A stretch of DNA of 60,918 bases, filler included, from Globobulimina sp. (Eukaryota), in the NCBI GenBank assembly GCA_003354225.1. It is 19 parts of 19 records of this genome, joined end to end, with 100 filler letters (N's around TTAATTAATTAA, not from the genome) between each part and the next. Parts side by side here need not be neighbours in the genome. Positions count along the whole stretch, not along the records: positions 1 to 3,115 come from PIVH01003690.1; positions 3,216 to 6,329 come from PIVH01003691.1; positions 6,430 to 9,543 come from PIVH01003692.1; positions 9,644 to 12,757 come from PIVH01003693.1; 15 more parts are not named here. One strand, 5' to 3'. Every line of letters starts with the position of its first letter. Position 1 is the first letter of the stretch. The notes beneath the pieces were generated by a model. The model had not been told where the DNA came from, did no database searches, and worked only from the letters and a program-made list of their open reading frames with translations. Shown in pieces: positions 1 to 12,224 of the stretch. A program made the translations under genes and the position numbers.

Positions 1-243
1 ACAAAATATATCACAAATAAGTAATATCACAGAATTGTAATGATACAAAGTAAGATTATTGGTTCACAATGTGTGTTTCAAGGTATTCACTTCATCTGTC
101 GTCTGCATTTCATTTTCATTTGGTCCTTTCCATTCTGATCAATCATGAGACTGCTCTCGTCGTGGAATTCTTCGCATGATTTGATTTGCTATTGACATCC
201 ATTGGACCATTGAATCACCATTGTTTAATCGTATTATTGATAG

Positions 244-3115
244 TTATTTATATTGTACATTGAATTGTGATTCGTATTCAATAGTTTCGGGTCTATTTTT
301 ATATGCAGTTTTCACTATATTTCCCGTAATGTTTATTATTATTCCTGACGCTGCATCACTAAGGATGTAGTCAGTTACCAAGTATAAGTATTCTATTCGT
401 TCTATATCATTACATGTATTGTAGTTCGGTTTTAAGTGTCCATTTATATTATTAGGTATTAAAGACCATAGATTTTTTATATTATTTTCATATTCATTGA
501 AATAAATATTATCTTCGCATTCCCACATTAAATGTTCAGCAGTTTCTAATTTGTTTTTATCACATCTTGTGCATACTCCATTTACTCTATCGTTTAATAC
601 TAAACAACCAGCTTTTATTTTTAGCCAGAAGTCGCCTCCCGTCTGCAGATTTAATTTATAATTAATTTTTGGATATGTTTTGTCTCGATAATGCACCAGA
701 GTTCCTGCATTTTCAAGAATATTGTTATATTTCTGGATCCAATATAAATTTACAATTTCTTTTACTTTGTCAGGTTTAGGTATATTATAGGGGTCAATAT
801 TGTATTTGGTACAACATTTAATGGCATGTGTCAACCATATTTGTGGGTTTGTATGATTATTGTACATTTGAATTTGTTCGAGTAAAGCAATTTTTACTAT
901 ATTATTGTCGTTTAGTTTCAATATGTGGGATAAATAATTAATGGTTCGTTTTTCGGCTTCCATGGACATAGGGATTATTCCGGTTTCTCCATATAAGACC
1001 ATATTATTTGTGAATTTTGGTAATCGGGTGATGGTTCGTATAAATTCTCTTTCTTGGATTTCGATTTTTGTGAAAGTATCTTTAGTCCAAGTGATTGATG
1101 CTATTCCATGTAAAATTTTTGGTATTACGTATGTTTTCCATATTTTTGCGCCATACAGTATGGATCTAGCAGTGGCCAGAGCTGGTTTGAAACATCTGTA
1201 GGCTTCCTTTCGTGTCTGTTCACCTAACTTAGATTTATGTTGGTTCGTGATATCTTTATTATTATTACTAAGGGTTATTCCTAAGTATTTTGCTTCTTTT
1301 TCTTCTTTAATGTAAATATCTGTTTCATCCGTTTCGTTCAGATGTTTTCTCCCGAGTTTCCATTTTTTGTTGGTGTCGACAGACCTGTTTAAGGGTATTA
1401 TCAAACTTTTTGGTCCTGAGAATTCAATTTTCCATTTTTGGGCATAATCCCCTACTATTTTTAGTAATTTTTCCATGTTTTCCTCATTTTTTGCGAATAA
1501 GAGCATATCATCAGCGAAGAATAATCCAGACAAAATTTTATTATTTTCAGTATCTCCAATATTTATACCGTAATTACATTTTTCGATTTCTTTGCCTAGA
1601 TCTGAAATGAATATTGCCCATAAAAATGGTGACATTGTACATCCTTGTCTAAGTCCTACTGGCATATGTAATTTTTCAGTTGTTATGTTTTGGAAAGTTA
1701 TTGTTGCACCTGGGTCATTGTAACTACTTTTAATTGCTTCTATTAATTTTTCAGGGAAACCTAAATCTTTCAATTTTTTCCATAATCCTTTTCTCCAAAC
1801 TCTGTCATATGCTTTGCATATGTCTAATAGAGCGATTGTTGCGGAATTTTTACCCTTTTTTGCTTTATGTACCGTATGTTGTATTGTTAGTATGCAGTCC
1901 TCGATTCTTTTGTTTGATCTGAATCCATGTTGTATATATCCAAGTAGGTTTTTCTTTTCAGATATTTGTTCTAATCGTTTAGTCAAAATGATCAGATATA
2001 ATTTACATAAGTTACACCCCAGGCTTAATGTTCTATAGTTCTTTATATTGCTTTTAGATCCTTTTTTATGTAATAGGGTGACTTCCTGTGTTTTTCCTAT
2101 GTCTGGAAAGAAACCACTATTGAACCATTTATTGAATAAAATTCGTACAGCTTCGATCATTTCGTTCGGCCAGTTTTTCATAAATTCCGCAGGAATATTT
2201 GTTGTACCTGATGAAGTGTTATTTTTAAGTTTATCTATCGCTTGTTTCATTTCTGCTGATGATATATCATTTTCTAGATCTAGTTTGTCCGTTCCATTTA
2301 TAATGTCACATAGTCCTAGGCGTTTCATATTGTCATCAGCTTTAGGCCAAATACCTAAAGTGAAAATGTCATTCCAGAATTCTGCTATATGGTTTTTGAC
2401 TTTTTCAGGTTCAATTATTGGTTCTTTATTATCGTTAATCAAAGTGACATTTTCTCTAACTCCTCTTTTTAATGTCTTCATTGTATCATATAATTGGTGG
2501 AATTTTCGTTTCGGATTATTAATCCATTTATTATGAGCTTTTTCGATTCTGGCCATTTCAGTTCTTGTATTGATCTGTTTTACAGTTCTAATTTTTTCAA
2601 AAAGGTCATTTAATTTCACTCCTTTGAATTCATCACTAGTATTTCTAAGGTCTTTTCTTAATTCTCGGATTTCCGCTTTTAATTTTCTAATTTTCTTTGA
2701 TTTTTTCTTTTTGAAATTTTTCTGTTTTTTATATCCTATAGTTGTTTCACCCGATTTGTCTATTATTTCTAGAATATCTTCCATATTCAAATTATTATTA
2801 GTGTTTATTTTGCTATGTAGATTATTAATAGTTTCCTTTTTATATTCTGACCAGTCGGTGTCATCCTTTATATCCCATTTTTTCTTAGTTTCAGTTTTGA
2901 CATTTAACGTTTTTATAAATTTAGCATTGAAAGTTCCTAAAATAAAGCAATGGTCCCCATTTCCATTACCATATTTCGTATTCTCTTCGTCTATTTCAAG
3001 CTTTTCTACATGTATTTCATCGTTATTTAATACAAGGTCTAGGATCTGTGGTTTTGTGTTTTTCCTATTAAAACCCCAGGTCCACGTCCCAGTTGCGTTT
3101 TTGTCCTTGTTAGTT
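244..3115 (-). mobile_element. Non-LTR retrotransposon ORF2 (APE endonuclease end - reverse transcriptase - C-terminal CCHC), cut at contig edge
   Basis: The frame stays open upstream of 2790 to the edge and reads TWTWGF...QILDLVL...GDHCFI (APE C-terminus). RT motifs: NYRTLSL, QHGFR, LDICKAYDRV, GLRQGCTMSP, FFADD, KYLG. C-terminal CTRC-x9-HLMWEC. Confidence 0.93.
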
Positions 3116-3215
3116 NNNNNNNNNNNNNNNNNNNNNNNNNNNNNNNNNNNNNNNNNNNNTTAATTAATTAANNNNNNNNNNNNNNNNNNNNNNNNNNNNN
3201 NNNNNNNNNNNNNNN
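3116..3215. other. Artificial contig-joining spacer (first of 18)
   Basis: 44 N + TTAATTAATTAA (stops in all six frames) + 44 N. The same spacer starts at 6330, 9544, 12758, 15972, 19185, 22398, 25611, 28824, 32036, 35247, 38458, 41669, 44879, 48087, 51295, 54503 and 57711. Confidence 0.99.
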
Positions 3216-3244
3216 ATCCTGATAAATATTGAAAACATTTGTTT

Positions 3245-4708
3245 TTATTTTAAAGAAACAGTTTCTGCGATTTCACTAATTTCACTTAACAATACAGTTT
3301 CAGACACAACATTGGCAACATCCAACATAATAGAACTTAGATCCGTGACCGAGCTTTGATCCGCATTTAAACTTCTCTCTGTAGGTGGCACTGAAATACT
3401 ATTTAGAATGGCATCTATATTGAGAGAGTTTTCAGCCAATTCGTAGACTAATATTTGTTCAACTTTGTGCAAAATATTTCTGATACTTACATCCTCTCTG
3501 AGTTGTTCTTCACATTGCGATGTAATTTCTTCTTTGGCGACTCGTTTCTTTTCAAATGCAATCAATAAATCTATCTTATCCTCCAAATCATTCACTCTCT
3601 CCAGCAATGACAGCTGAAGGTCATCTGACTCTATTTCTTGATTTTCTTGACGGGGGCTTAACATTTTGGAGTTTAACATTTTCGCTTCTCTTTCTTGTTG
3701 CTTTTGCACAGACTTCCAAATAGTTTGGAAGTTGTTGTGTAAAATAGTTATAGGCATTGCCAGAAACAAGATAGCAACATGCAACACAACGATAGCTAAC
3801 AGTTTGCCGAAGTTTGAGGTTGGATACAAATCTCCGTAACCAACCGTTGAGATCGTAACAAATGCCCACCAGATAGCTTGCGGGATGCTGAAAAACGGAG
3901 ATTCTTCTAAGCCATTTCCAAAATAGGTGGGTCGCATGAAACAGTCCCTGTCGCCACCATTTCCATCATCGCATCCGTCCACAACCAATTGGCCCTCTTC
4001 CATGAAAAAAATCCAAGAGCCGAATATGGTGGAAATGATAATAGAGACAAATAGTAACATATAAATCGCCATAATTGATTGTCGCATTGTATCGATAAAC
4101 AAATTGGTCAAAAATAATAATTTTTCGGATTTCAATAATCTGAAAACTCTGAGCAATCTGAAAATTCTCAAAGTACTCACTCCTTTGACCCCAGAATAAA
4201 AGCCTATGCTTTCGAACTGAATCAATAATATTAAATTGGGAATTAATGAGATAAAATCGATAATGTTGAAGGGTTGAATGAAAAATGTGTATATTTTGTG
4301 TAAAAATGTTGGACAGTTTGTCATGCAACATTTACATTGTAAGTTGTCTATCAATTCATCTTCGTTTATGTTTGCAATGGATTTTGTTTTGTTGGTGATG
4401 ACTGTATATGGTACGGAGAAAACTGTCAATATTCGTAGGAGGTACTCAGTTAAAAAGATGCCGAATGCGATTGATTCGAACCGTGCGAAATATTCCCATT
4501 TATCACCGGGCTTCTTACCGACTTTTGGGTATTTATAATCAGGTAATGTTTCACATATAAATGAGATACACGATCCTATGATTACCAACGTCATTACAAT
4601 TGATAACACAAACGCAATGTTGCTAGTGGTTGGTTCGCTGAGCAGAAAATGAACTGTTTTTGCAAATTTCTTTATCTTTTTCGAAAGCATGATGTAGTAA
4701 GTATACAA
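3245..4708 (-). CDS. Voltage-gated potassium channel (6TM, Kv-like)
   Basis: S4 segment STLRIFRLLRVFRLLK; pore helix and filter WWAFVTISTVGYGD; S6 LAMPI; C-terminal coiled coil; intronless. Confidence 0.93.
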   Translation of the reverse strand: MYTYYIMLSKKIKKFAKTVHFLLSEPTTSNIAFVLSIVMTLVIIGSCISFICETLPDYKYPKVGKKPGDKWEYFARFESIAFGIFLTEYLLRILTVFSVPYTVITNKTKSIANINEDELIDNLQCKCCMTNCPTFLHKIYTFFIQPFNIIDFISLIPNLILLIQFESIGFYSGVKGVSTLRIFRLLRVFRLLKSEKLLFLTNLFIDTMRQSIMAIYMLLFVSIIISTIFGSWIFFMEEGQLVVDGCDDGNGGDRDCFMRPTYFGNGLEESPFFSIPQAIWWAFVTISTVGYGDLYPTSNFGKLLAIVVLHVAILFLAMPITILHNNFQTIWKSVQKQQEREAKMLNSKMLSPRQENQEIESDDLQLSLLERVNDLEDKIDLLIAFEKKRVAKEEITSQCEEQLREDVSIRNILHKVEQILVYELAENSLNIDAILNSISVPPTERSLNADQSSVTDLSSIMLDVANVVSETVLLSEISEIAETVSLK

Positions 4709-4815
4709 TGATTATTTCATAATGCGATGTGTGATTGTCAACGCACGTCAATGTAGACGTATAAATTAAAATAACTTATGCAAAACCAACAAAAATAAAT
4801 ATAATATAAATATCA

Positions 4816-6329
4816 TTATAGTTGGATAAGTGCTTGAATAGATTCCACGAAAAGATCAACAGATTTCTGTTGCCTTTCAACTTGTTTTCTCAACGAAAAA
4901 TACCCATCACCAAAATGGCCATATAATAATTCATTTTTGTTTATATTTTGTTTGGCAATCGCAAATTTGCCAGGCCATCCATTAATTTTTATAGTCACAA
5001 ATAAGACATTCTCTTTTTTTAAATCTTCCTTTGTAGTGACACACTTTTTTGTTAAATCAGATCTGCAATCTTCAATCAATAATAATGGAGAATATTGCTT
5101 ATTTTTGCCTAAACAATCCACCAACATATCATATTGCTCATATTTCAAATCATTGCAATCACTCTTTTTATCAATGATTGGAATATCTACTTCAAAAACC
5201 CATGAATGCATTGATCGGTTATATTCAGTAAAAGTGCCGGAATAAATCTGCACAAAAATATTTAACGCAAACAACATTGAGGAGATAAACACGAATTACA
5301 TACATCGTGAAACTCATTTTCAGCCAATTCATCCCCTATAAATCTGCCAAGTACTTCATATTGAAAAATATGATCTTTTGCTTCAAGTTTATTCTCAGCA
5401 TTTTTATGCAGAGAGGGATGAATATTTGACGAATATTCACCATTTTTATGTATCCATTCACCGATATATCCTTCAATTTGTTGTATATAATGATTAGACA
5501 GTTGATATTCATCATCATCTGTTCTGTACATATTAATGTTGTTTAAATAATTACGAAAAAAATATAAGTACACAACTTACCTGACAGTACAATGAATTTC
5601 TTGTTCAATATGACATATTTCAAATAATTTTTGCATTTTCGAAGATCTCAAATACGACGTATTATGATCAAAATTAAAAATAGAATGTGGTAATGGTACA
5701 ATGTCATATCTTGCTGGAATACCATTTTTAACTGCATTCAATAATTTGTTTGTCAAAACATCATCATTACACAACTTTGAATCGCGAAAATCAAAATTTA
5801 TTTTTAATAAACTAATGTCAATATCTTCATCTTTCTGCTCTTGTGCTGGTATTTCCTTTTTTCCATTTAATTATATTACGTAAACTGCAAATTAATTGAA
5901 TACTTAACTTGTATCAATGTGGCGTCAGTTGCGATTGGTAACAATCGGACATTTGCATTCAGATTGGTTCGCATTCTTTTATTTCGTGTGCCTGTTAACG
6001 ATGGATAGTCTGCCTTTCTTTTACGTGATACCCGCGGGATTTGTGGAATAGCGGATTGAATAATTTTTTGTGACACTGGGTTTGGGCCATTATCAGCTGG
6101 TGTTCCATTCATATTTAGTTGCTGTAAAATTCGTATTTCCGATTTTTGTTTTGTTTTGAATTAAATGCAAATATATACCTTCATGCAAAGTATTACTCTT
6201 TTTTTTAATGAGGCTCTCTCCCATTCATCAACATCATTTGGTATTTCTTCGTCATGTTTTTGTAAGTATTCAATCATTTCATCTCGATCTAATTCACCGA
6301 TATCTTTTGGGCTTCTAGGTCTTTCTTTT
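4816..6329 (-). CDS. Multi-exon protein with a divergent C-terminal SET-like domain, 5' partial
   Basis: ORFs 5876-6112, 5577-5774, 5262-5573 and 4816-5292 appear joined by GT-AG introns (e.g. 6122-6178). LGRFIG and NVLFVTIKINGWP...AKQNINKNELLYGHFGDGYF resemble SET motifs. Confidence 0.5.
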
Positions 6330-6430
6330 NNNNNNNNNNNNNNNNNNNNNNNNNNNNNNNNNNNNNNNNNNNNTTAATTAATTAANNNNNNNNNNNNNNN
6401 NNNNNNNNNNNNNNNNNNNNNNNNNNNNNA

Positions 6431-8641
6431 ACATTTAATGTCCCCGGACTGCATGTTTCTGCTCAACAACCATTGGCATTATATTCGTGTGGTCGCACCA
6501 CTGGATATGTTTTGGATTCTGGCTATAAAATAACTGATATTGTTCCAATCTATGAAGGCTATGCATTGCCGCATGCCATTCATTCTGTAAAATGTGGCGG
6601 ATATCATGCTACAGAACATTTAATGAATAAATATAATATTATCGATATTTCTAAACTACATTTATGTCAACAACAAACATATAAATTGCCAGATGGGACA
6701 GAGGTGCAATTGGACAATAAACTGGAGACTGAATGTGTAGATATATTATTTGATAAAAACAATGAAATTATAAAAATATTTCACGATTCAGTTATGAAAC
6801 TCGACATTGATATTCGCAAAGATATGTTAAATAATATATGTTTATGCGGTGCTAATTTTATGTGGAATGGTATGGACGACAGATTGTGGAATGACTTAGA
6901 CATAAAAACAAACTATGGATTGGATGGTAAATTAATAAAAACACCCAACATTGAAAGAAAATACGCAGTATGGATTGGTGGGAGCATACTAGCGTCATTA
7001 AGTACCTTTGAATCAATGTTTACATCAAAAGAGATGTATGACGAAAGTGGCCCAAGTATTGTGCATAGAAAATGTTTTGGAGGAGATGGAGGAAGCGGTG
7101 GTTCAAATATTGGATTTTCTGTTGGCGGTTCCAAAGATGTTGGAAATTTTCGACAATGCATCGAAAATAATATTATGCCAAAAGAAACATCGATTACAGT
7201 GGAAGGGATTTATTATGATTATTATTTTAAAACTGATCATGAACGCAAAGAAAATGAAAACGAAAACGAAGAACAAAAACAAAATGCGAATGCGTTATTT
7301 TATCCATCGTATTTATATTCAACCAGTAAAATTCCAAATGCTTTAATTGTAGATGATGGCGATAGTGATTATGATGGCGATACTGATGAATATGAATATT
7401 TTTTGACATTAGGACTAAACAGTAATTTGAAAGAAAGTGATTTTCAACGAAATAAATTGAATATCGTGATAGTTTTGGATATTTCAGGTTCAATGTCGTC
7501 TCCATTTAATTATACTGAAAATATTCAAAAAATGAGCATTGCAAATGATGCAATTATTGCATTGTTGAAACATTTAGATATTAATGATAGGATTGGTTTG
7601 GTATTGTTTAACACCGAAGCTTTTGTAAAAAAACCCTTGGAATTAATTAGCAAAATAGATTTAAATAAATTTATTGTCGAAATAACTAATATTACGGCCG
7701 ATGGCGGTACAGATATGCAAATTGGATATAAAACGGCTCTCCATTTATATGATAATATTGCGGATAATGATGAATATGACAATAGAATAATATATTTAAC
7801 CGATGCTCAACCAAATTATGGACAGAATAATGCACAAAGTTTGTTAGCTATGATTCGTGAATGCAGCGAAAGAGAGATTGGTAAAATATATACCACGCTG
7901 CTTGGCGTTGGGTTGGATTTTAATACGAATTTAATTGAAATTATTACTAAAGTAAATGGTGCAAATTATTATACTGTCCATTCAAAGCAAGATTTTATGC
8001 AAAGAATGGATCAACAGTTTGATTTTATGGTTACTCCGTTAGTGTTTAATTTAAAATTAAATTTAAAATCGGAAGGAAATAGTTGTTATATTTATAAAAC
8101 ATATGGTTCTGCAGCTTCCGCGTCTGTTACAACTGATAATGACAATGATAATGTGAGAGAGAAAGAGATAATGAGCATAAATACGTTATTTCCATCCAAG
8201 AAAAATGATAGTGGCGAGACTAAGGGTGGGATGGTATTGTTACAAATTAAAAAAAATGTAAACAATGATAATAATAATTTAAATATGAAAATCACGGTAA
8301 GTTATGAAGATAGGAAAGGTGTTAAGTATTCAACCAATGCAAATGTAGTGTTTCATAATAAAGGAAATAATAAGAATAAGAATGATATGATTGAGGAAGA
8401 TGATTATTTCGATAATGAAGGAATTAGGAAAGCAATATTATTGACACGTTATGTATTATTAATAAAACAATGGATCAAAAATATGAATATGACCCAACAA
8501 ACACAAATATTAAGTGTTAATCGTGAATATAGAGAAAAATTTGTTTCATTTGTGAAATATTTTGAGAAGGAAATGTTGGAAATTAATGATGAATCATTAG
8601 AAAAAGAATTGAAAATATTACACAAACTATCAAATATTTGA
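6431..8641 (+). CDS. Actin-like domain - vWA (MIDAS) fusion protein, 5' partial
   Basis: Frame open from the contig edge: TFNVPGLHV...LDSG...PIYEGYALPHAI...LPDG...RKYAVWIGGSILASLSTF...GPSIVHRKCF, then GGDGGSGGS, then a vWA domain with LDISGSM, GGT and LTDA. Confidence 0.88.
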   Translation, partial: TFNVPGLHVSAQQPLALYSCGRTTGYVLDSGYKITDIVPIYEGYALPHAIHSVKCGGYHATEHLMNKYNIIDISKLHLCQQQTYKLPDGTEVQLDNKLETECVDILFDKNNEIIKIFHDSVMKLDIDIRKDMLNNICLCGANFMWNGMDDRLWNDLDIKTNYGLDGKLIKTPNIERKYAVWIGGSILASLSTFESMFTSKEMYDESGPSIVHRKCFGGDGGSGGSNIGFSVGGSKDVGNFRQCIENNIMPKETSITVEGIYYDYYFKTDHERKENENENEEQKQNANALFYPSYLYSTSKIPNALIVDDGDSDYDGDTDEYEYFLTLGLNSNLKESDFQRNKLNIVIVLDISGSMSSPFNYTENIQKMSIANDAIIALLKHLDINDRIGLVLFNTEAFVKKPLELISKIDLNKFIVEITNITADGGTDMQIGYKTALHLYDNIADNDEYDNRIIYLTDAQPNYGQNNAQSLLAMIRECSEREIGKIYTTLLGVGLDFNTNLIEIITKVNGANYYTVHSKQDFMQRMDQQFDFMVTPLVFNLKLNLKSEGNSCYIYKTYGSAASASVTTDNDNDNVREKEIMSINTLFPSKKNDSGETKGGMVLLQIKKNVNNDNNNLNMKITVSYEDRKGVKYSTNANVVFHNKGNNKNKNDMIEEDDYFDNEGIRKAILLTRYVLLIKQWIKNMNMTQQTQILSVNREYREKFVSFVKYFEKEMLEINDESLEKELKILHKLSNI

Positions 8642-8894
8642 TGTCTATGTATATTAATTAATTAATTACATACATACGATTTCAAGCGCTTTCTTGTTTG
8701 TTTTTCTTTGTATCGTTTCTATTTCCTTGGATTGTATATAATCTTTGAGGTTTTGACATGATTGTATGAAAAGACATAACATATATATATATATATCATA
8801 ATATCTACTAAATCCAATCGAATTTAACCACATTCTGACATCATTTGTACCGTCTTCATCAATCTCATTAACAATTTCCACCACTCCTTCCAAT

Positions 8895-9543
8895 TCAAGA
8901 GTCATTTTCAGCAATTCCATTGACTACGCTTCGGTTACATTCCCCGAGCGGATCATCGACAAAGCCACCACTTGGAATATTACCTATGGTTTGTTTATAT
9001 TCCGCGAAAGGGTCATCAACAAAGCCAACACTGGCAACCACACCAAAATCTGTTTCATTCACAGTTGCAATAATATCATCATCGCATAAGTTATCTGCTG
9101 GGTTGGGCATTACCGCTAAGTCGACATCATTCGCTCCACAAACATTAGAACTCACACTAGTGACACTACCTAGATCTGTCATTTCAATTGCAATATTAAC
9201 ATGATTTCTTTTTGCTGAAATATAAACAAATACTGCGGCAATACTAAATATAACACATATAACAATTATAATGATAACCATTGCAATATACAGAGTAGAA
9301 TTACTATTTTTTTGTGTGTTTATAGCACTGTCATCATGCTGTCCGGTCCTATGTACTGTTGTTTGGATTTGCTGTTCCGCCATTGTGCCAGCTGTATTTA
9401 CAGATGTATATATAGATGGATTTGCAGATGGATTTACAGATGGCATTAAAGTACTTGGTGATGTAGTTGGTGATGTTGTAGTCGGTGATGTAGTCTGCAT
9501 TGTTGGCGAACATGTAGGTGCGTTGGAAGGTGGCGTAGGTGCA
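8895..9543 (-). CDS. Single-pass membrane protein with Thr/Ser/Pro-rich stalk, 5' partial
   Basis: TTSP/NPS repeats; hydrophobic helix LYIAMVIIIIVICVIFSIAAVFVYI; cytoplasmic duplicated GFVDDP. Confidence 0.7.
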
Positions 9544-9643
9544 NNNNNNNNNNNNNNNNNNNNNNNNNNNNNNNNNNNNNNNNNNNNTTAATTAATTAAN
9601 NNNNNNNNNNNNNNNNNNNNNNNNNNNNNNNNNNNNNNNNNNN

Positions 9644-10533
9644 TCAATGGGAATGGAGCCCAAATACTGTGTATTCAACTGCTTGCATAGCACTTTTGCG
9701 CCGCCCGTGGTCGGTTTGAATATCTGTGTCTTTTTACTGCAACACGGACACACAAAGCCAGACATATTCTCAATGACACCCAACACGTTCAATCCTACCT
9801 TATTAGCAAACGACATCTCTTTCCTCACATCCAATAAGGCGACCTCCTGCGGCGTAGTCACCATCAATGTGTACACATCTTTCTGTCTGCCGCTCAATAG
9901 CTGCGTGATACTGATATGTTCGTCCGAAGTGCCTGGCGGACAGTCAATGATCAGGAAATCTAAATTATTCCACTCCACATCAATCAGAAACTGCTTAATC
10001 AAGCCGTTCTTACGAGGACCACGCCAGATAATCGCATCGTTTTTGTGCGATAATAGGAAGGCCACACTCATGACGGATAGATTCGTTTTCCTATAAACCG
10101 GTGTCCAGCCAAACTGAGCTTTATGCACTTGCTCACATTCGACGCCCATCATGCGGGCAATGGAAGGGCCACAGATATCGATGTCTAAGATTCCGACATC
10201 ATAGCCGTAATAACATAGACTCCACGCCAATTGAGAGGAGACGGTGGATTTGCCGACGCCATCTTTGCCCGACAGCACTAATAAGATATTTTTCACATTT
10301 TCTAAGCGAGCTAAAATTTGAGATTCGGCTTTTTCGTTTTGCGTCGCGTTGGCGGCTGCTTCTTTGGCGTATTTGCCAGAGGCGCAAGCTTGTTGGTTGG
10401 GGCAACCTGTACAGGAGTTGGCTTTGCCTGCTTTGTTGCTCTGTGGGCCAACACATTCTGAATTGCGATTGGTGAGCAGTGTGTTGTTGTTGTTATTGTT
10501 TGTTTTGGCGTTTGTGTTTGTATTATGTGCCAT
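9644..10533 (-). CDS. NBP35: Cytosolic Fe-S cluster assembly factor NBP35/NUBP1, 3' partial
   Basis: N-terminal CX13CX2CX5C (CVGPQS...SCTGCPNQQAC), SGKDGVGKST, DIDICGPS, WRGPRK, DCPPGTSDEH, ENMSGFVCPCC. Confidence 0.95.
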
Positions 10534-10726
10534 AATTGAGTTGCTATTGATTATAATGAATTGTGTGTTGAATAAAAGCAGTGAATTAGAGTGTATATCT
10601 GCAGACGAATTTAAATTTAGTGACGTGAATTCGCGTATTCAGACTCAGCAAAATCTCAAAAACTCATTATTTTCATCAACTTTAGTCTGTAGAAAGCATC
10701 CTTTCGTGATCAACAAGTCTTCATAG

Positions 10727-11176
<450 letters not shown>

Positions 11177-11458
11177 TCTGACTGACTGCCATGTTTAATA
11201 TTAACAATCATTGTTTTTTAATATTGTTTGTTTGCTTGTTTTTCAATACACATTTTTTAAAATAAATTAAAATTTAAGTGCAAGGATAAAATTGTTTTTT
11301 TTCTTCGGTGAATCTAAGTTTAATGTTCATAATTTACTAGAAAATTGGATATTTAATTCGTTGTTGACACAACATAACTGAGTGCAAGGTAGGTAGGCGT
11401 AAAAAATAAATAAAGAGTACAATAATGGTTATACCGGTTTGAATTGAATGGTATTAAG

Positions 11459-11887
11459 TTAATATTTGTATTTTGTGGAGTAATCCTTTGGTGATATGAC
11501 CAATCCTCTCCCTTTTTTAGCTCCACGATAGACACATTCGATAATATCAATTAATTCTTGTTTCTCGTTCATCAAAAAGTTAATTTTGTTGTTATTACCG
11601 GTCCCTAAATCAACCATAATGTGTTTGTTACGATAAAAGAACATAATGGTGCAAGGATCATACAGTTCGTACATTGTGTTGAAATCCGGTATTTTTGTAT
11701 TATCCACTAGGTAAATTACAGCAAATTTTGAAACATCCTCAGCGATGGCAAATAATATTTCATCCATTAACATACAAGTTTTGTCCCAATCATGGCCAAA
11801 TCTTATTACTATAACACGTTCTTCCTCATTTAGAATTGCTTGATCCACATCCCATCCACTTTTTAAGTGTGGCAACATGTATGACAT
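11459..11887 (-). CDS. TXNL4A: U5 snRNP thioredoxin-like protein Dim1/Dib1
   Basis: MSYMLPHL..GWDVDQAI..EEERVIVIRFGHDWD...NKHIMVDLGTGNNNKIN...GRGLVISPKDYSTKYKY; typical 142 aa length. Confidence 0.97.
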   Translation of the reverse strand: MSYMLPHLKSGWDVDQAILNEEERVIVIRFGHDWDKTCMLMDEILFAIAEDVSKFAVIYLVDNTKIPDFNTMYELYDPCTIMFFYRNKHIMVDLGTGNNNKINFLMNEKQELIDIIECVYRGAKKGRGLVISPKDYSTKYKY

Positions 11888-12224
11888 TGTCTTAATTATT
11901 ATTTAATTAAAATACAGAAGAATTAATGAAAATAACAGCTGCGGATTCACAAAAAAGTTTCGGACTTAGTAGTCTTAGTTGGATCTGGTCATTTCCAGGA
12001 AGTCCATGATATGAATCAAAGATACGTGACAATACAAATAATAACACAATTTAACCTGGAAAGAAGCAGTATGACAAATATATTAATGTATTGATCATAT
12101 TCTGGAAATTTCTTTATATCATTTTGTTTAATTCAAAGATTTTATTCAACTGCAACACTTATCACGATCACTAATCAGCACACAATCTAAGCAAAAACAA
12201 TGGGATGTTATCCATGCAACAAAA

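Noticed and set aside
3160-3171. TTAATTAATTAA recurring every ~3.2 kb as a periodic biological repeat or CRISPR-like array
   Set aside because: Always centred in N44 padding; it is an artificial six-frame-stop linker.
8666-8920. SAM-like fragment (VRMWLNSIGFSRYYDI) downstream of the membrane protein
   Set aside because: Out of frame with the upstream ORF and degenerates into a TA repeat; too little to call.
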